From contig CAXFSR010000016.1 in the NCBI GenBank assembly GCA_964005815.1, forward strand, positions 1-64,000: a stretch of DNA of 64,000 nucleotides. Reading direction: 5' to 3'. Position numbers and translations under genes: made by a program. Below are positions 11,137-23,354 of the stretch, one piece after another (the stretch's first letter is position 1; the number at the start of each line of letters is the position of its first letter). The notes beneath the pieces are model-generated. The model was not told where the DNA came from, did no database searches, and was given only the letters and a program-made list of their open reading frames with translations. This DNA is from an uncultured Nitrospinaceae bacterium. GTDB lineage: Bacteria > UBA8248.

Positions 11137-11511
11137 CTATTTCTTTTCCTTCTCGGGCCCTAATTCTCCATCTTTTCTTATAACTTCACTGACAAAATTT
11201 AGACCTACACGAATATTAATTTTTGGATCATCGGAAACCTTAACAGTCAATATGTTATCTTTAACTTTTATTACTTCACCAAAAATTCCACTAGCAACTA
11301 TATTATCTCCTGGCTTAATTGATGAAAGTAGATTTTGATGTTCTTTTTGTTTTTTTTGTTGAGGGCGAATCATAATGAAATAAACAATCGCAAAAACAGC
11401 AGCAAAAGGAGCCATTTGCAAAAGAAAATTCCCCTGCCCTTCACCAGCACCTTTAGCCATAGCATGAACAACGTTACTATCAAAAAACAAAGCGTGTATT
11501 AAATCCCACAT
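11137..11511 (-). CDS. yajC: Preprotein translocase subunit YajC
   Basis: TM segment followed by YFIMIRPQQKKQKEH and GD..V.SGIFG. ATG 11511 follows GGAGG. Confidence 0.93.
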   Translation of the reverse strand: MWDLIHALFFDSNVVHAMAKGAGEGQGNFLLQMAPFAAVFAIVYFIMIRPQQKKQKEHQNLLSSIKPGDNIVASGIFGEVIKVKDNILTVKVSDDPKINIRVGLNFVSEVIRKDGELGPEKEKK

Positions 11512-11627
11512 AAAAACCTCCAATATCACTATAAATTAGCGCATCAGGATTGGTAACAAAGCACTTCCCGCTTGTCAAGTAAAGTAAGAAAGGAAGGTTT
11601 AAAATTCACAATCTATGTATAGGAAAA

Positions 11628-13519
<1,892 letters not shown>

Positions 13520-13532
13520 GGACATTCCTTTG

Positions 13533-14741
13533 CTAAATATATTGTCCAATAATTCTTTTTTTCTGGATTTTTTCTTTTGACACATAAACTCTTGGAACTC
13601 TATGACTGATTCCGCAAAAGATTTCATAGGATATTGTTTCACAACTATCAGCTAACTCTTTTGCAGAAATAAATTCTTTAGAATCTCCTCCGAGTAGAAC
13701 AACCTCTTCACCAAAATTTATATCTTCACGAAATTCAGAAACATCAATAATAGTCAAGTCCATCGAAATTCTACCGACAATTGGAACTTTTTTACCTCTG
13801 CAAAGGACATAACCTCGACTAGATAAAAGTCTTGGAAAACCGTCACCATATCCTACACTCACTATTGCTAACTTTCCATCCTTTCCCATCCTATAAGTTC
13901 CATTATAACCAATCCTTGAACCAGAAACTACATTCTTAACCTGCACTATTTTAGACTTCCAGGTAATAGACTCACGCAAATTTATCCCTTCAAATCCTAT
14001 TCCGCCATATAATCCAATACCCGCCCTAACAATAGAACCAATCGAGTCTGGAAAATTAATTCCACCTGCAGTATTTAAAGAATGAACTAAGGGAGGAAGT
14101 AAATCTCTTTCTCTCAGTTGAACTACTAAAGATTCCATAGAAGAGAGCTGTTGTTTAGTAAAGTTAACATCCAAAGGATCATCTGCCGAAGATAAATGTG
14201 TCATAATCCCATCAACAACAACTCCTTCAAATTGACTTATAGAAGAGAGAAAATCTGGAACTTCACCAGGATATATTCCTAAACGATTCATCCCAGTATC
14301 AACTTTTAGATGAATACGGATCTTTACTCCTTCAGATTTAGCATAATCGGAAATAGCAGAAAGTTGCTGGTGAGTCCAGACAACAGGATCTAATCTGAGA
14401 GAAACTATTTTCTGCGCATTTCTTTTTGTTGTATCACTCATTAATAGAATTCTAGGATTTTCTGCTTTTTCCTCAAATTTCAGAGAGGTTTTTCTAAGCA
14501 TTTCTGCCTCAGAAATACTAGCAACTCCAAACCATCTAGCACCTGCTTTTCTAAAAACTTGACTTGCTTCTATAGAACCATGACCATACGCTTCACTCTT
14601 AACAGCGCAAAGGATTTCTTTCCCCTTACAAGATTCGGCTAAAATATTGTAATTTTCCTGAAGTATATCTAAGTCGACAAAGGCAACAGTTCTTTCATCA
14701 CACATAGAATTAGAGAGAAAATCTGAACTACAAATAGGCAA
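13533..14741 (-). CDS. alr: Alanine racemase
   Basis: AVKSEAYGHG PLP-Lys, HLKVDTGMNRLG, IGY, GYGDG, GRISMD and TISYE. Start uncertain (alternative ATG 14705). Confidence 0.95.
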   Translation of the reverse strand: MPICSSDFLSNSMCDERTVAFVDLDILQENYNILAESCKGKEILCAVKSEAYGHGSIEASQVFRKAGARWFGVASISEAEMLRKTSLKFEEKAENPRILLMSDTTKRNAQKIVSLRLDPVVWTHQQLSAISDYAKSEGVKIRIHLKVDTGMNRLGIYPGEVPDFLSSISQFEGVVVDGIMTHLSSADDPLDVNFTKQQLSSMESLVVQLRERDLLPPLVHSLNTAGGINFPDSIGSIVRAGIGLYGGIGFEGINLRESITWKSKIVQVKNVVSGSRIGYNGTYRMGKDGKLAIVSVGYGDGFPRLLSSRGYVLCRGKKVPIVGRISMDLTIIDVSEFREDINFGEEVVLLGGDSKEFISAKELADSCETISYEIFCGISHRVPRVYVSKEKIQKKRIIGQYI

Positions 14742-14753
14742 CTCCGCAATTAA

Positions 14754-16172
14754 TCAGAATTCGTTGGAATGAAAATCTTCACTGCTTGACGGAACAACAG
14801 GGGTTGAGTCCTGACGATGAAAATTATCAAGATTAGAGAAACGGGCATACTCATCAAAAAATTTAATTTCCAAATCACCAGTAGGACCATTTCTTTGTTT
14901 TGCAAGTATAACCGTTGCAACTCCTTTGTTTTCAGCAGTGGGCTCATAATATTCTTCTCGGTATAAGAGAGCAACAACATCTGCATCTTGTTCAATAGAA
15001 CCCGACTCACGCAAATCGGAAAGATTGGGCTTCTTCCCTTCTCTTGACTCTACAGCTCTGGAAAGTTGACTTAAAGCTACTACAGGAACATCTAGTTCTT
15101 TTGCTAAACCCTTAAGTCCTCTGGAAATCTCACTGATTTCTCTTTGTCTGTTTTCTACATTTGAACCTCTATGGGTCAATAATTGTAGATAATCAACAAT
15201 CACTAAGCCCAAACCTGATTCATGTTTTAATCTCCTACATTTAGCTCTTATATCGAAAACTGACAGATCTGTTGCATCATCAATAAAAATTGGAGACTCT
15301 TTAAATTCTCCCGCAGACTGAATAAGTACGGGCCATTTATTTGATGGCATAAAACCACTCTGTAGGCTTCTCGCATTTACCATAGAACGAGCACATAACA
15401 TTCTAATAGCTAAAGACCTTGCACTCATTTCCAAACTAAATATAGCAGTAGGTACTTTCGTTTCCAGTGCTGCATGCTCAGCCAAGTTCAAAGCAAAAGC
15501 AGTCTTACCCATACTAGGCCTTCCTGCAATTACAATGAGTTCAGAAGGCTGTAACCCTGATGTAAGTCTATCAAATTCACTAAATCCACTAGGAATCCCA
15601 GTTATATGTTTTTTCTTATCATATAGGTCTTCGAGATAAGGAAAAGTTACCTTAATCACCTCTTCCATTGAACTAATACTTTTTTGGAATCTACCAGAAG
15701 AAACTTCCAACATCGCTCTCTCTGCATCATCAATTAGTTTGTCAGTGTCTTCTTCGCCAAGATAAGCTCTTTCAGCAATTTCATTTGATGTTGTGACTAA
15801 ATTTCTAAGTAAGTAAGTTGTTCTAACTAGTTTTGCATGGGTCAATGCTCTTCTAGGACTAGAAACATCATCGGACAATCGTGATATGTATTCTAAACCA
15901 CCAGCGTTGTCTAAAGTTCCACTCTTTTTAAGAGTATCTGCTAAAGTAATTAGATCTATTGGCTCTTGTTTTTCAAAAAGAGAAACAATAGCATCAAAAA
16001 TAGCCCTGTGACTTACTCTATAGAAATGATTGGAACGTACTACTTCAAGAATAGAAGAAACAATTCCATTATCAAGCAACATAGCCCCAAGTACGCTTTG
16101 TTCAGCTTCTATATTTTGCGGTGGCAGGTAATCAGAATTTGATTTTTTTTCATCTTTGGGAGGTGTTCTCAA
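14754..16172 (-). CDS. dnaB: Replicative DNA helicase
   Basis: PPQNIEAEQSVLG, GRPSMGKT, FSLEM, VDYLQL, SQLSR, DLRESGSIEQDAD and KQRNGP; TTG start behind GGAGG. Confidence 0.98.
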   Translation of the reverse strand: MRTPPKDEKKSNSDYLPPQNIEAEQSVLGAMLLDNGIVSSILEVVRSNHFYRVSHRAIFDAIVSLFEKQEPIDLITLADTLKKSGTLDNAGGLEYISRLSDDVSSPRRALTHAKLVRTTYLLRNLVTTSNEIAERAYLGEEDTDKLIDDAERAMLEVSSGRFQKSISSMEEVIKVTFPYLEDLYDKKKHITGIPSGFSEFDRLTSGLQPSELIVIAGRPSMGKTAFALNLAEHAALETKVPTAIFSLEMSARSLAIRMLCARSMVNARSLQSGFMPSNKWPVLIQSAGEFKESPIFIDDATDLSVFDIRAKCRRLKHESGLGLVIVDYLQLLTHRGSNVENRQREISEISRGLKGLAKELDVPVVALSQLSRAVESREGKKPNLSDLRESGSIEQDADVVALLYREEYYEPTAENKGVATVILAKQRNGPTGDLEIKFFDEYARFSNLDNFHRQDSTPVVPSSSEDFHSNEF

Positions 16173-16264
16173 AAAAAAACCTCCATTCTCATAAAACCAA
16201 AAGAAGAATAGTAAAAACTTATATGATTAATACATTTTATTGCTAAAGGTAAATATCAGAAAAA

Positions 16265-16840
16265 TCATTCCGTTTCCGTATCTGTCTTAGCTGAATCGAC
16301 AGGTTTTTCTTCTGAATCAGCAGGCCCTTCTCCATCTTCTGAACCAACAAGCTGTTCTTCCTGTTCAGAATCTTCAACTTCATTTTGTTCCTCTGCTTCA
16401 TCTTGAAGAACATTTACACTTACAATAGGCCTAACGTCTTCATGTAATCGAATAGGTATTTCAAAAACACCTACCTTTTTAATCGGTTCTTCTAAAATGA
16501 TTTTTTTTCTATCTATTTGAATACCTAATTTAGCAAGCTCCTCTTCAATCATTCTATTGGTCAAAGAACCAAACAAGCGTCCATCAGGACCAGCCTTAAG
16601 ATGAAATTCAAGTTTAATATTGCTAAACTTAGAAGCACTTTCTTCTGCATCTCTTTTGGCTGCCTGTACTTGCGCTTCTCTAAGTAACTTTTCATGTTGA
16701 CTAATTTTTACATTTCCAGTCGAGGCATGCAATGCCAAATTATTAGGCAACAAATAATTCATTCCATAACCGTCTGAAACGTCTACCACATCACCTGCTT
16801 CACCCAATTGGTCAATGTCTTTCCTTAAAATCAAACGCAA
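16265..16840 (-). CDS. rplI: 50S ribosomal protein L9 with acidic C-terminal tail
   Basis: LG..GDVVDVSDGYG.NYLLP and GRLFGS; TTG start. Confidence 0.96.
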   Translation of the reverse strand: MRLILRKDIDQLGEAGDVVDVSDGYGMNYLLPNNLALHASTGNVKISQHEKLLREAQVQAAKRDAEESASKFSNIKLEFHLKAGPDGRLFGSLTNRMIEEELAKLGIQIDRKKIILEEPIKKVGVFEIPIRLHEDVRPIVSVNVLQDEAEEQNEVEDSEQEEQLVGSEDGEGPADSEEKPVDSAKTDTETE

Positions 16841-16857
16841 GATGTTATCCCCTTTAC

Positions 16858-17127
16858 TTAAGAACGATCAATTGTATATGGCATCAAGGCCATATAACGC
16901 GCTCTCTTTACAGCTGTAGTTAATTGTCTTTGATAAAACGCAGTCGTTCCAGTTACTCTTCTTGGAATAATTTTTCCTCTTTCACTAACCATATTTTTTA
17001 ATGTTTTCACATCTTTATAATCTATATAAAAAATCCCTTCAGTAGTAAAACGACAGATTTTCTGCCTTTGGAAACGCTTTCTTTTTTTTCTTCTGTTATC
17101 TGAATATCCTCGAGGAACTATCGGCAT
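16858..17127 (-). CDS. rpsR: 30S ribosomal protein S18
   Basis: [17 protein letters not shown] and QRQL..AVKRAR. Confidence 0.97.
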   Translation of the reverse strand: MPIVPRGYSDNRRKKRKRFQRQKICRFTTEGIFYIDYKDVKTLKNMVSERGKIIPRRVTGTTAFYQRQLTTAVKRARYMALMPYTIDRS

Positions 17128-17150
17128 AAAAAACTCCTAATCAACAAACA

Positions 17151-17573
17151 TTAAAAAGGGATATCATCATCTTTAATAGTTGAACTGTCATACGTATCTT
17201 CACTAAAACTAGTAGCTTGAGAACCTGTCTGTCCACCCATAGAAGCATCTCGAGGTTTGATAAAGTGTACGTTATAAGCAACCACTTCGTGCTTGCTTCT
17301 CCTCTCCCCTTCTTTCGTTTCCCAGGAATTAAAAGCAAGTCTTCCTTCTACCAACACAGGACTTCCTTTTCCCAATTGTTCCTCAGACCATTCTCCCTGC
17401 TTACCAAAGACTACAATATCCACAAAACAAGTTTCCTCTTTCCACTCATCACCACTTCTGTATCTTCTGTTAACAGCCAAACCAAAATTTACAACCGCTG
17501 TTCCCGAAGGCAGGAAACGCTTTTCTGGATCACGAGTTAGATTACCTCTTAAATAAACACTGTTTAAAGACAT
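17151..17573 (-). CDS. ssb: Single-stranded DNA-binding protein
   Basis: N.V.LRGNLTRDPE, VEGRL and C-terminal DDDIPF. ATG 17573 follows GGAGG. Confidence 0.97.
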   Translation of the reverse strand: MSLNSVYLRGNLTRDPEKRFLPSGTAVVNFGLAVNRRYRSGDEWKEETCFVDIVVFGKQGEWSEEQLGKGSPVLVEGRLAFNSWETKEGERRSKHEVVAYNVHFIKPRDASMGGQTGSQATSFSEDTYDSSTIKDDDIPF

Positions 17574-17612
17574 AAGAAACCTCCACAATCACTATTTTCA
17601 AGGCAGAAGAAA

Positions 17613-17966
17613 CTAACTTTCATCCTTGACTTCTTGAGCAGCCTGATGATCAACTGTCTTTTTAATTTTCCTCAAGACAGATTCTTCTATACGTATAGTC
17701 ATATACCTGAAAGTTTCTTCGTCTAATCTCATACCTTGTTCCATATCCGAGATAACTTCTTTTTCCGCTTTATAAGTAACTACAAAGTAAGTGCCATGTC
17801 TTTGCTTATTAATAGGATAAGCTAAACGTTTTTTTCCGAGACGATCTACGGAAATAACTTCAGAACCATTTCCCTTCAAATGATTCTCAACTCCTTGAAT
17901 CTTTTTTTCTACCGCATCTTCATCTAATTCAGGAGACAAAAGTACCATAGTTTCATACTGACGCAT
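17613..17966 (-). CDS. rpsF: 30S ribosomal protein S6
   Basis: MRQYETM and GKKRLAYPI; rpsF-ssb-rpsR order. Confidence 0.96.
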   Translation of the reverse strand: MRQYETMVLLSPELDEDAVEKKIQGVENHLKGNGSEVISVDRLGKKRLAYPINKQRHGTYFVVTYKAEKEVISDMEQGMRLDEETFRYMTIRIEESVLRKIKKTVDHQAAQEVKDES

Positions 17967-18029
17967 TCACGAAACCTCCAAACTAACAAAAAACGAAAAA
18001 AGAAAAACTAATACTACATCATTCAAAAA

Positions 18030-20021
18030 CTAAAACAAAGGTGCCAGAACAAGAGAAACAATAGACATTAACTTAATAAGGATATTCATAGAGGGACCAG
18101 AGGTGTCTTTCATTGGGTCACCAACTGTATCACCAACTACAGCTGCCTTATGTGCCTCTGAACCTTTCCCTCCAAGCTTACCGTCTTCTATTTCTTTTTT
18201 AGCGTTATCCCAAGCACCACCTGCATTAGCCATAAGTAATGCTAATAGAACCCCTGACAACAAAGCTCCTGCCAACATACCACCAAGAGCTTCCTTGCCC
18301 ATAGCAAAACCCACTATTATAGGAACAACTACGGCAGTTACACCTGGAAGAACCATTTCTTTCAATGCGGCTTGAGTACTAATATCAATACATCTACTAC
18401 TATCTGGCTCTGATGTACCTTCCATAATTCCTTTGTCTTCTTGGAACTGCCTTCTTATCTCTTGGATCATTATGAATGCAGCCTTACCTACAGAATTCAT
18501 TGTCAAAGAACCAATAATAAAAGGAACAGCACCACCTATCAACAATCCTGCAACCACATTAGCATCTTGTAAGTCTATAGATTTTACTCCAGCCGCTTTA
18601 GTATAAGCAGCATAGAATGCTAAAGCAGTTAATGCAGCAGAACCGATTGCAAAACCTTTTCCAATCGCCGCTGTTGTATTTCCTAAGGCATCTAACCCAT
18701 CAGTGATTTCTCTAGTTTCTGGTCCTAATTGACTCATCTCTGTAATTCCACCTGCATTGTCAGCGATTGGACCATAAGCATCTACCGACATTGTGATTCC
18801 AATAGTTGCAAGCATACCAACAGCAGCAACAGAAATGCCGTATAAATCTGCCAATTGATTTGATATTAAAGTAATAATTGCGAGAACAACTAGTGGGGCA
18901 CATACACTTTCCAGACCAACAGCAAATCCACTAATAATATTAGTTGCAACACCTGTTTCTGATGCATCAACTATCTTACCAACCGGTTTGCCACCCGTGC
19001 CAGTATAATATTCAGTCAACAAACCAATAGCTATTCCACCTAATGTCCCAATTAAGATAGAAGCGAAAATCGAAATAGGTAATCCCATTTTATTAGTTAC
19101 AAAGTAAGCAAGGATCACAAAAACTAAAGCTGCTAGGAATGTAGAACTTCTCAACGCAGTAGCAGGATTTGCACCTGAAAGTAACTTCATAGACCCAATA
19201 CCAATTACTGAAGAGACAAGACCCATCATTGCGAGCAATAACGGTAATGCCATTGCCGCAGAGGTGTTGATGCCCATCCCTATCATCGAACCTATAAAGA
19301 TCGTAGAAATAATGGCTCCAACATATGATTCAAAAAGGTCAGCGCCCATCCCAGCAACGTCTCCAACACAGTCACCCACGTTATCTGCAATAACGGCAGG
19401 ATTTCTAGGGTCATCCTCTGGGATATTTGCCTCTACTTTTCCAACCAAATCTGCTCCAACATCAGCAGTTTTAGTATAAATACCTCCGCCAACACGAGCA
19501 AAAAGAGCAATAGAACTAGCGCCCATCGAGAAGCCATTTATAATGCTAGCATTACTTTGAGCATTTAGAACATCAAAATGCCAAAAAAGGAATCCAACAC
19601 CCAATAGGCCGAGACTAGCAACAGAAAGACCCATAACCGTACCGCCGTAAAATGCCATAGAGAGAGCACCAGATTGCCCACCTCCAGAATTAGCAGCCGC
19701 AGCGGTTCTTACATTTGCTTTTGTAGCTGCATTCATACCAAAAAATCCCGCTAAAACGGAACAAACAGCACCCGTAATAAAAGACAAACCAGTATCAAAC
19801 GAGATTGCATAACTTAAAATTAAGAAAACAACCAAAACAAAAATAGCTAAGATCTTGTATTCTCTTTTCAGAAAAACCATTGCGCCTTCACGAATCTGAC
19901 CTGCTAGTTTGACCATTAGTTCATTCCCTGGGGATTGTTTGCTAATCCACATATAAATAATCCCAGCAAGTAACAAACCAGCAATTCCAAAAAAAGCTGC
20001 TAAATTAGAAAAAGCAATCAT
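18030..20021 (-). CDS. hppA: Membrane-bound pyrophosphatase, K+-dependent, probably Na+-translocating
   Basis: [53 protein letters not shown] and [14 protein letters not shown]. Confidence 0.96.
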   Translation of the reverse strand: MIAFSNLAAFFGIAGLLLAGIIYMWISKQSPGNELMVKLAGQIREGAMVFLKREYKILAIFVLVVFLILSYAISFDTGLSFITGAVCSVLAGFFGMNAATKANVRTAAAANSGGGQSGALSMAFYGGTVMGLSVASLGLLGVGFLFWHFDVLNAQSNASIINGFSMGASSIALFARVGGGIYTKTADVGADLVGKVEANIPEDDPRNPAVIADNVGDCVGDVAGMGADLFESYVGAIISTIFIGSMIGMGINTSAAMALPLLLAMMGLVSSVIGIGSMKLLSGANPATALRSSTFLAALVFVILAYFVTNKMGLPISIFASILIGTLGGIAIGLLTEYYTGTGGKPVGKIVDASETGVATNIISGFAVGLESVCAPLVVLAIITLISNQLADLYGISVAAVGMLATIGITMSVDAYGPIADNAGGITEMSQLGPETREITDGLDALGNTTAAIGKGFAIGSAALTALAFYAAYTKAAGVKSIDLQDANVVAGLLIGGAVPFIIGSLTMNSVGKAAFIMIQEIRRQFQEDKGIMEGTSEPDSSRCIDISTQAALKEMVLPGVTAVVVPIIVGFAMGKEALGGMLAGALLSGVLLALLMANAGGAWDNAKKEIEDGKLGGKGSEAHKAAVVGDTVGDPMKDTSGPSMNILIKLMSIVSLVLAPLF

Positions 20022-20094
20022 CGACTATTCTGACCCTCCTGGTTTAAAAAAAACCGAAAAAAACAAAAATTTGGGCAATTAAAATTTATTAAAA

Positions 20095-20628
20095 CTATGA
20101 AACAAAATCAAAGGCCTCTAAGGCCACATCTTCTAAAATTCCATCAATTATTTCCAATTCTTTAGGTGGGAACCGTTTAAGTACCCAATCAGAGATTTCT
20201 ATATCTGTATCCGGTCTCCCTATACCAATTCTAATTCGAGAAAAATCTGAAGTTCCCAATTTCTCGATAATATCACGTACTCCTTTATGACCTGCATCGC
20301 CACCAGCAATTTTACTTCGAATCGAGCCTAACTTCACATCTATATCATCATGCAGAACTAAGAGATTACTCGGCTCTATATTTCTATACTGCGTAAAACT
20401 TTTAACACACGAGCCACTTAAATTCATATAAGTTTTTGGTTTTATAACAAAAACTTCTTTTTCACTAATCGAAGCAACTCCATAATCAACATTCTTGTCA
20501 GATAGGTCAATTTTAATGCCATATCTAACACAAAAAAAATCCAAAGCTCTAAACCCGACATTGTGACGGGTCCTGTCATAATCCTGCTCAGGATTACCTA
20601 AACCTACAATCACTTTTGTGGAGTACAT
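20095..20628 (-). CDS. pth: Peptidyl-tRNA hydrolase
   Basis: VGLGNP, TRHNVGF, KP.TYMNLSG, HDD and RIRIGIGRP. Confidence 0.96.
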   Translation of the reverse strand: MYSTKVIVGLGNPEQDYDRTRHNVGFRALDFFCVRYGIKIDLSDKNVDYGVASISEKEVFVIKPKTYMNLSGSCVKSFTQYRNIEPSNLLVLHDDIDVKLGSIRSKIAGGDAGHKGVRDIIEKLGTSDFSRIRIGIGRPDTDIEISDWVLKRFPPKELEIIDGILEDVALEAFDFVS

Positions 20629-20646
20629 ACATCAACCTTGAGAAAA

Positions 20647-21339
20647 TCAATCTTCGTTTTCTTTCTTCTCAGAATCGTCAGATTCTGTTTCTTCTTTAGT
20701 TTCTTCTCCAACTTCAGAAGTTACTTCAGAATCAACTTCTTCATCTCCTTCGATGTCTTCTTCGACTTCTTCCTCTTCTTCAGCAGGTACTGAAATAGAA
20801 AGAACCGGATCATCAAGTTCGTTTAAAAGTCCCACATTCTCAGGCAGTGAAACATCCCTGACATGTAAAACTCCACCAATATCTACATCAGATATATCCA
20901 GCAAAATTTGTTCTGGTATATCAACAGGGAGACATTCTACTTCAAGTTCCCTAAGAACTTGAGACAAGACACCTCCCATTTTAATTCCAACTGCCTCTCC
21001 CTCAAGCACAAGAGGTACTGAGACGGTGATTTTTTGATCCATTCTAATCTCAAGTAAATCTACATGAACGTAGGAATCATTCATGACATTATAATTTAGG
21101 TCTTTCACAATCACGGATCTTTCTTTCTTCTTTTCGCCCGCAACCTTCAGTTTAAAAACAACATTACTTCCTGCCGAAGTATTTAAGAGAGAAGACAACA
21201 ACTCTGGATTAAATTGAATAGAGACTGGTTTATCAACCCCATAAACAACAGCAGGTATAAGACCATTTTTTCTTAGTCTTTTAGCGTAACTCTTTCCTTT
21301 TCCTTCTCTTACCTCTGCTTCAAGTATCAAGTCTTCCAT
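20647..21339 (-). CDS. rplY: 50S ribosomal protein L25/Ctc (long form with acidic tail)
   Basis: R.R..GLIPAVVYG, HVDL and GG.L....RELEV.CLP..IP. Confidence 0.95.
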   Translation of the reverse strand: MEDLILEAEVREGKGKSYAKRLRKNGLIPAVVYGVDKPVSIQFNPELLSSLLNTSAGSNVVFKLKVAGEKKKERSVIVKDLNYNVMNDSYVHVDLLEIRMDQKITVSVPLVLEGEAVGIKMGGVLSQVLRELEVECLPVDIPEQILLDISDVDIGGVLHVRDVSLPENVGLLNELDDPVLSISVPAEEEEEVEEDIEGDEEVDSEVTSEVGEETKEETESDDSEKKENED

Positions 21340-21375
21340 ACGTCTTGCTCCGTTTAAAGAAGATAGAATTTTACT

Positions 21376-22320
21376 CTAAATAAAAAGACTACTCACAGAA
21401 GAATCTTCGTGAATACGAGTAATCGCCTCTGCAAGAAGTTCTCCTATAGTTAAAATTTTCACTTTCCCAGAATCTTTTAACTTTTCTGGAAGGGGTATAG
21501 TATCTGTTGTAACCAATTCTTCCAACACCGAATCTTCAATTCTATCAGAAGCTGGACCTGAAAGAACAGAATGAGTACAACAGGCATAAACTCTGCTAGC
21601 TCCCTTTTCTACCAATGCGGTAGCAGCCTGAGTTAATGTTCCCGCTGTATCTACTATATCGTCAACAATTACAACATCACGTCCTTTCACATCACCAATA
21701 ATTCTCATAACTTCAGATTCATTTGCTCTTTCTCTTCTTTTGTCTATGATACCAAGACCTGCATTAAGTCTTTTCGCGTAGGCTCTTGCTCTTTCAACAC
21801 CTCCTGCATCAGGAGAAACTATCACTGGATCATCAAGATCTTTTCTTAAAAAATAATTAATCATTACAGGGGCTGCATAAAGATGGTCTACCGGAATATC
21901 AAAAAAACCCTGAATTTGACCCGCATGTAAATCTATTGTAATAATTCTATCTGCTCCAGCTGCAGTTAAGAGATTAGCTACTAATTTCGCTGTAATTGGG
22001 ACCCTAGGCTGTACTTTTCTATCTTGTCTGGCATAAGCAAAATATGGGATTACTGCTGTTATTCTTTCTGCTGAAGATCTCCTGAAAGCATCTAACATAA
22101 TAAGCATTTCTATTAAATTTGCATTGCCTGGGTGACACAGGCTCTGTATAGCAAAAACATCCGCACCACGAACATTTTCCTGAATTTGTACAGAAGTCTC
22201 TCCATCACTAAAATCAACAATCTCAATCTCTCCTTTTTTTATTTCCAAGGACTCAAAAATACAATTTGAAAGGAGTGGATTAGACCTTCCTGAAAAAACT
22301 TTTATACGCCTGTTTGCCAA
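21376..22320 (-). CDS. prs: Ribose-phosphate pyrophosphokinase
   Basis: FSDGE, PYFAYARQDRK, DLHA.QIQGFF, SPDAGG and VDDIVDTAGT. Start set to TTG 22320 (AAAGGG SD). Confidence 0.97.
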   Translation of the reverse strand: MANRRIKVFSGRSNPLLSNCIFESLEIKKGEIEIVDFSDGETSVQIQENVRGADVFAIQSLCHPGNANLIEMLIMLDAFRRSSAERITAVIPYFAYARQDRKVQPRVPITAKLVANLLTAAGADRIITIDLHAGQIQGFFDIPVDHLYAAPVMINYFLRKDLDDPVIVSPDAGGVERARAYAKRLNAGLGIIDKRRERANESEVMRIIGDVKGRDVVIVDDIVDTAGTLTQAATALVEKGASRVYACCTHSVLSGPASDRIEDSVLEELVTTDTIPLPEKLKDSGKVKILTIGELLAEAITRIHEDSSVSSLFI

Positions 22321-22463
22321 AACAATACCCTTTACACTCAAGTAGAACGATAAACCCGAGTTTCTTACTCTATCTGTGAAATTTGTCAAGTCCAGTTTAC
22401 AAAAAACTAAAGAGAATTACATTATATCGCATAAATTGAAAAACATTCCAAAGCGATTCTTAA

Positions 22464-23339
22464 TTAGAATTTAAAATTACTATTTTGCAGGATACTTCTT
22501 TCCAAGGGCTTCACAACGGAAACCCATAATTTCTTTTTCGAAGAAAAAAAATTAAATGCATTAACTATGTCCTTTTTTTTTGAAAAAATTCCGAAAATTG
22601 CAGAACCGCTACCACTTAGAAGTGCTAGTTTTGAGCCAAATGCCAACAATTTTTCCTTATACTCTCTCAGAAAAGGATATCTAGGAAAAACAACTTTTTC
22701 TAAGTCATTTTCTCTACAATCATATCTTTTACTCAAAGTAAATGGTTGATTATTTTTAGTGCGACTTTTTAAGATTTCCTCCCTAGACCATCCATAAACG
22801 TCATGAGTAGATAAAGAAATAAGGGGTTTAACAATTAAAACATAATTTCTAGAACTAAACTTACAAGGATATGATTTTTTATCACCTTTTCCCTCAAAAA
22901 TATAACTTGGACCACCTAAGAAAAACGGCACATCTGCTCCTAATTTCTTCGCTAAACTTTCAAGTTTTTCCGTGGAGTAATTAATTCTCCAAAGCTTATT
23001 CAAAATCCATAACACACACGCAGCGTTACCACTTCCACCTCCTAATCCAGCACCAATTGGAATTTTCTTTTCTAAATTAATGATAGCACCTAATTCTTTG
23101 TCTCCACATTCGTCACGGAGTAGGTTTGCAGCCTTGTATATAATATTTTCCTTTCCTTTTATTGAAGAATTATCAACCGAAATGTCAATCCTTCTCCTTC
23201 TTTTGCCTATTACAAGATGATCAAAAAGATCGACCTGCAAAAGATGTGTTTTAACCTCATGAAAGCCATCATCTCTTAAACCAAGGATTTTTAGACCCAA
23301 ATTTATCTTAGCTGGACTCATCATTCGGATTAAAGACAT
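22464..23339 (-). CDS. ispE: 4-diphosphocytidyl-2-C-methyl-D-erythritol kinase
   Basis: PAKINLGL, KKIPIGAGLGGGS, GADVPFF, NDLE and LSGSGS. Confidence 0.95.
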   Translation of the reverse strand: MSLIRMMSPAKINLGLKILGLRDDGFHEVKTHLLQVDLFDHLVIGKRRRRIDISVDNSSIKGKENIIYKAANLLRDECGDKELGAIINLEKKIPIGAGLGGGSGNAACVLWILNKLWRINYSTEKLESLAKKLGADVPFFLGGPSYIFEGKGDKKSYPCKFSSRNYVLIVKPLISLSTHDVYGWSREEILKSRTKNNQPFTLSKRYDCRENDLEKVVFPRYPFLREYKEKLLAFGSKLALLSGSGSAIFGIFSKKKDIVNAFNFFSSKKKLWVSVVKPLERSILQNSNFKF

Positions 23340-23354
23340 CCTTCATTTCTCCTG

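Noticed and set aside
13520..13642. 110-nt alr/mlaF overlap from the ORF track
   Set aside because: The extension has no ABC homology; ATG 13519 has a proper SD.
16265..21339. Low-complexity acidic tails on L9 and L25
   Set aside because: Common in these protein families; not tandem DNA repeats.
22321..22389. 23-aa N-terminal extension of Prs in the ORF track
   Set aside because: The TTG at 22389 is part of a TTGACA -35-like hexamer. TTG 22320 has an SD and matches the family length.
22321..22463. Expected tRNA-Gln between ispE and prs
   Set aside because: No cloverleaf, T-loop GTTCGA or acceptor stem is present; the region is AT-rich promoter-like DNA.
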